Source: an uncultured cyanobacterium | GTDB lineage: Bacteria; Cyanobacteriota; Cyanobacteriia; Cyanobacteriales; Nostocaceae | NCBI GenBank assembly: GCA_963740315.1 | Contig: CAVUDP010000002.1 | Coordinates: 1,728,001 to 1,792,000 of the forward strand | Length of the DNA stretch: 64,000 nt | Direction of reading: 5' to 3' | Shown: positions 62,131 to 64,000 of the stretch, piece by piece | How the letters are laid out: every line of letters starts with the position of its first letter | Position numbering within the stretch: position 1 is the stretch's first letter | Notes under the pieces: generated by a model | What the model saw: only the letters and a program-made list of their open reading frames with translations | What the model was told of the DNA's origin: nothing | Database searches by the model: none | Translations under genes and position numbers: made by a program

Positions 62131-63195
62131 ATGATGTTACAGCTTATTTTCGTTGTTATTGTTGTTATTTCAGGTTCAGCCGTCTGTTCTGGAATAGAAG
62201 CGGCTTTATTTTCGGTTTCGACGCTAAAAATTAGACAGTTAGCGCAGTCAAAAAATCCATCAGCAGTAGCACTATTGGCGATTCGCGAAAACATGAATCG
62301 ACCGATCGCGACTATTGTAATTCTAAATAATGTTTTCAATATTGTTGGTAGTATTCTTACGGGCAATATTGCCAGAACAGTACTGGGAGATACTTGGTTG
62401 GGCGTATTTTCAGGAGTATTGACATTTCTGATTATCATTTGTGCAGAAATTATCCCCAAAACCATCGGCGAACGCTACGCAGAACCAATTGCATTAGTGA
62501 TAGCACTTCCGATCGCTGCATTAACTTTGATATTTACCCCTTTAGTATGGATGTTAGAGAATATTACAGCACCCTTTACTAAAGGTAAAAAGCAACCAAC
62601 AACTAATAAAGCAGAAATCATGTTGTTGTCAGATATTGCTCATCAAGAAGGAATAATTGAACGTGATGAAGCGCAGATGATTCAACGGGTGTTTCAGTTA
62701 AATGAACTGACAGCAGCAGACTTAATGACACCTCGAACAATCCTCACATATTTGCGCGGTAACTTAACTCTTGAGGAAGCCAAAGCAGATATTATCAGTT
62801 CGCAGCATACGAGAATAATTGTAATTAATGAGACTATTGATGAAGTAATTGGTGTTGCATTAAAGCAGAATTTATTAACAGCAATGATAGAAGGAAGGAA
62901 AACTCAAAAAGTTGGAACTTTGACGCGAAAAGTTAGATTTGTACCCGAAACAATTCGCGCCGATCGCTTGATGAGAAACTTCCTAGAAGCACGCGAACAT
63001 CTAGCCGTAGTAGTAGATGAATACGGTAATGTTTCTGGTGTAATTACCTTAGAAGACGTATTAGAAGTAATAACTGGTGAGATAGTCGATGAAACCGATA
63101 AAACCATCGATTTGCAGGCGATCGCTCGTAAAAAGCGAGAAAGAATGTTGCAGTCAATGCGTTTTGTTTATCGATCCGTAGAAAATAAACGGTAA
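62131..63195 (+). CDS. CNNM/DUF21-CBS (hemolysin-family) transporter
   Basis: 'CSGIEAALFS', 'AEIIPKT', 'VVDEYG...ITLEDVLE'. Confidence 0.93.
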   Translation: MMLQLIFVVIVVISGSAVCSGIEAALFSVSTLKIRQLAQSKNPSAVALLAIRENMNRPIATIVILNNVFNIVGSILTGNIARTVLGDTWLGVFSGVLTFLIIICAEIIPKTIGERYAEPIALVIALPIAALTLIFTPLVWMLENITAPFTKGKKQPTTNKAEIMLLSDIAHQEGIIERDEAQMIQRVFQLNELTAADLMTPRTILTYLRGNLTLEEAKADIISSQHTRIIVINETIDEVIGVALKQNLLTAMIEGRKTQKVGTLTRKVRFVPETIRADRLMRNFLEAREHLAVVVDEYGNVSGVITLEDVLEVITGEIVDETDKTIDLQAIARKKRERMLQSMRFVYRSVENKR

Positions 63196-63358
63196 TTCGA
63201 TTTTGGATTTTGGATTTTGGATTTTGGATTGAGGATGGTAATAGGTAATTGGTAATTGGGAGTAGTAAGGAATTATGATTCGTATTTTCTACCCCCTCTA
63301 CCCCCTCTCTCTCCTTGTCCCCTTGTCTCCTTGTCTTCCCCTAACCCCCGAACCCCCT

Positions 63359-63595
63359 CTATTCCCCGTTAAGAGTTCCCTGTTCCCTTATCATTTCCAT
63401 ATAAGCTTTGGGATATACCAATAGGAAAAAACCCATCCACGTTAATAGAGGGATGGTTACTAAAATAGTTAACCAAATCTTGTGAAATAATAGCCAGCTT
63501 CCAGTAATTAGAGTTGTTCCCGTAAGTAATATAGACCAAGGTTGACACCACCAAGGTTTATATTGCCATACACTAATCGGTTTTTGGGGAGTCAT
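63359..63595 (-). CDS. Small two-TM cyanobacterial membrane protein
   Basis: 'WQYKPWWCQPWSILLTG' motif. Confidence 0.8.
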   Translation of the reverse strand: MTPQKPISVWQYKPWWCQPWSILLTGTTLITGSWLLFHKIWLTILVTIPLLTWMGFFLLVYPKAYMEMIREQGTLNGE

Positions 63596-63596
63596 A

Positions 63597-64000
63597 TTAA
63601 TTAAGTTTAGAGTTTTGTAGAATTGAATTTAAAGTACTAAGCCACTGATAACAAGGTTCATCTATTGGAGCTATATCTTGTCGCTGTTGTGCTAATGACT
63701 CAGTGTATGCTGTAATCCAAGCTTTTGCTAGCTCTTGCTCCGTAACTATATTGTCTTGTACTCCTCGATTAAATTGCTTTTCAATCCAATCTTTGAAGCT
63801 TAAAATCTCTACAGTAATACCAAAATATTCTTCAATTTCTTGGATACGAGATGTAACTTCTTCTCGTCTTTCCAATTCTACGCTAGTTACAAAGCCAGCT
63901 AACAAAATAGTCGGATGTGCTTCTAATTTTTCTGCAAGTTCTTCAAGTTCATCTCGCAAATAAGCTTTACCATATTTAGCATCCCATGATTCAACAATTT
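63597..64000 (-). CDS. 3' part of a gene running off the window edge; possible nuclease fold
   Basis: Frame open to the edge (IVESWDAKYGKAYLRDELEEL...); the E-x-x-D-x-K pattern is only suggestive. Confidence 0.55.
   Translation of the reverse strand, partial: IVESWDAKYGKAYLRDELEELAEKLEAHPTILLAGFVTSVELERREEVTSRIQEIEEYFGITVEILSFKDWIEKQFNRGVQDNIVTEQELAKAWITAYTESLAQQRQDIAPIDEPCYQWLSTLNSILQNSKLN

Noticed and set aside
2900..63200. Frequent GCGATCGC octamers
   Set aside because: HIP1, a well-known genome-wide cyanobacterial feature.

Overview
AT-rich chromosomal window from a filamentous cyanobacterium, probably Nostocales: psaC, many HIP1 GCGATCGC octamers, and 7-9 bp short tandem repeats between genes. 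It opens with the leader-proximal 32 repeats of a 37-bp CRISPR array; no cas gene lies in the window. An accessory/defence-like region follows to about 15.7 kb. It holds an Rpn nuclease with an extra stand-alone copy of its C-terminal module, a Zur-box metal ABC transporter, a PIN toxin-antitoxin pair, a solo IS200-type HUH transposase bracketed by REP-like palindrome doublets, a CHAT-STAND-TPR protein broken by three 1-nt indels, and two methyltransferases. The rest mixes housekeeping genes (glmS, psaC, trmFO, tRNA-Arg, txlA, porin, M23 peptidase) with accessory genes (two P450s, YefM-YoeB, amidase-RTX, a second TPR-CHAT, a 3-GAF cyanobacteriochrome). The most striking unexplained structure is the repeat ecology. 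Palindromic elements seed tandem arrays of 'element + adjacent flank' (28, 79, 23, 39 and 72 bp units), nest inside one another, sit in-frame inside both CHAT genes, and bracket single-gene cassettes. All assignments come from motif reading by eye; no database search was run.
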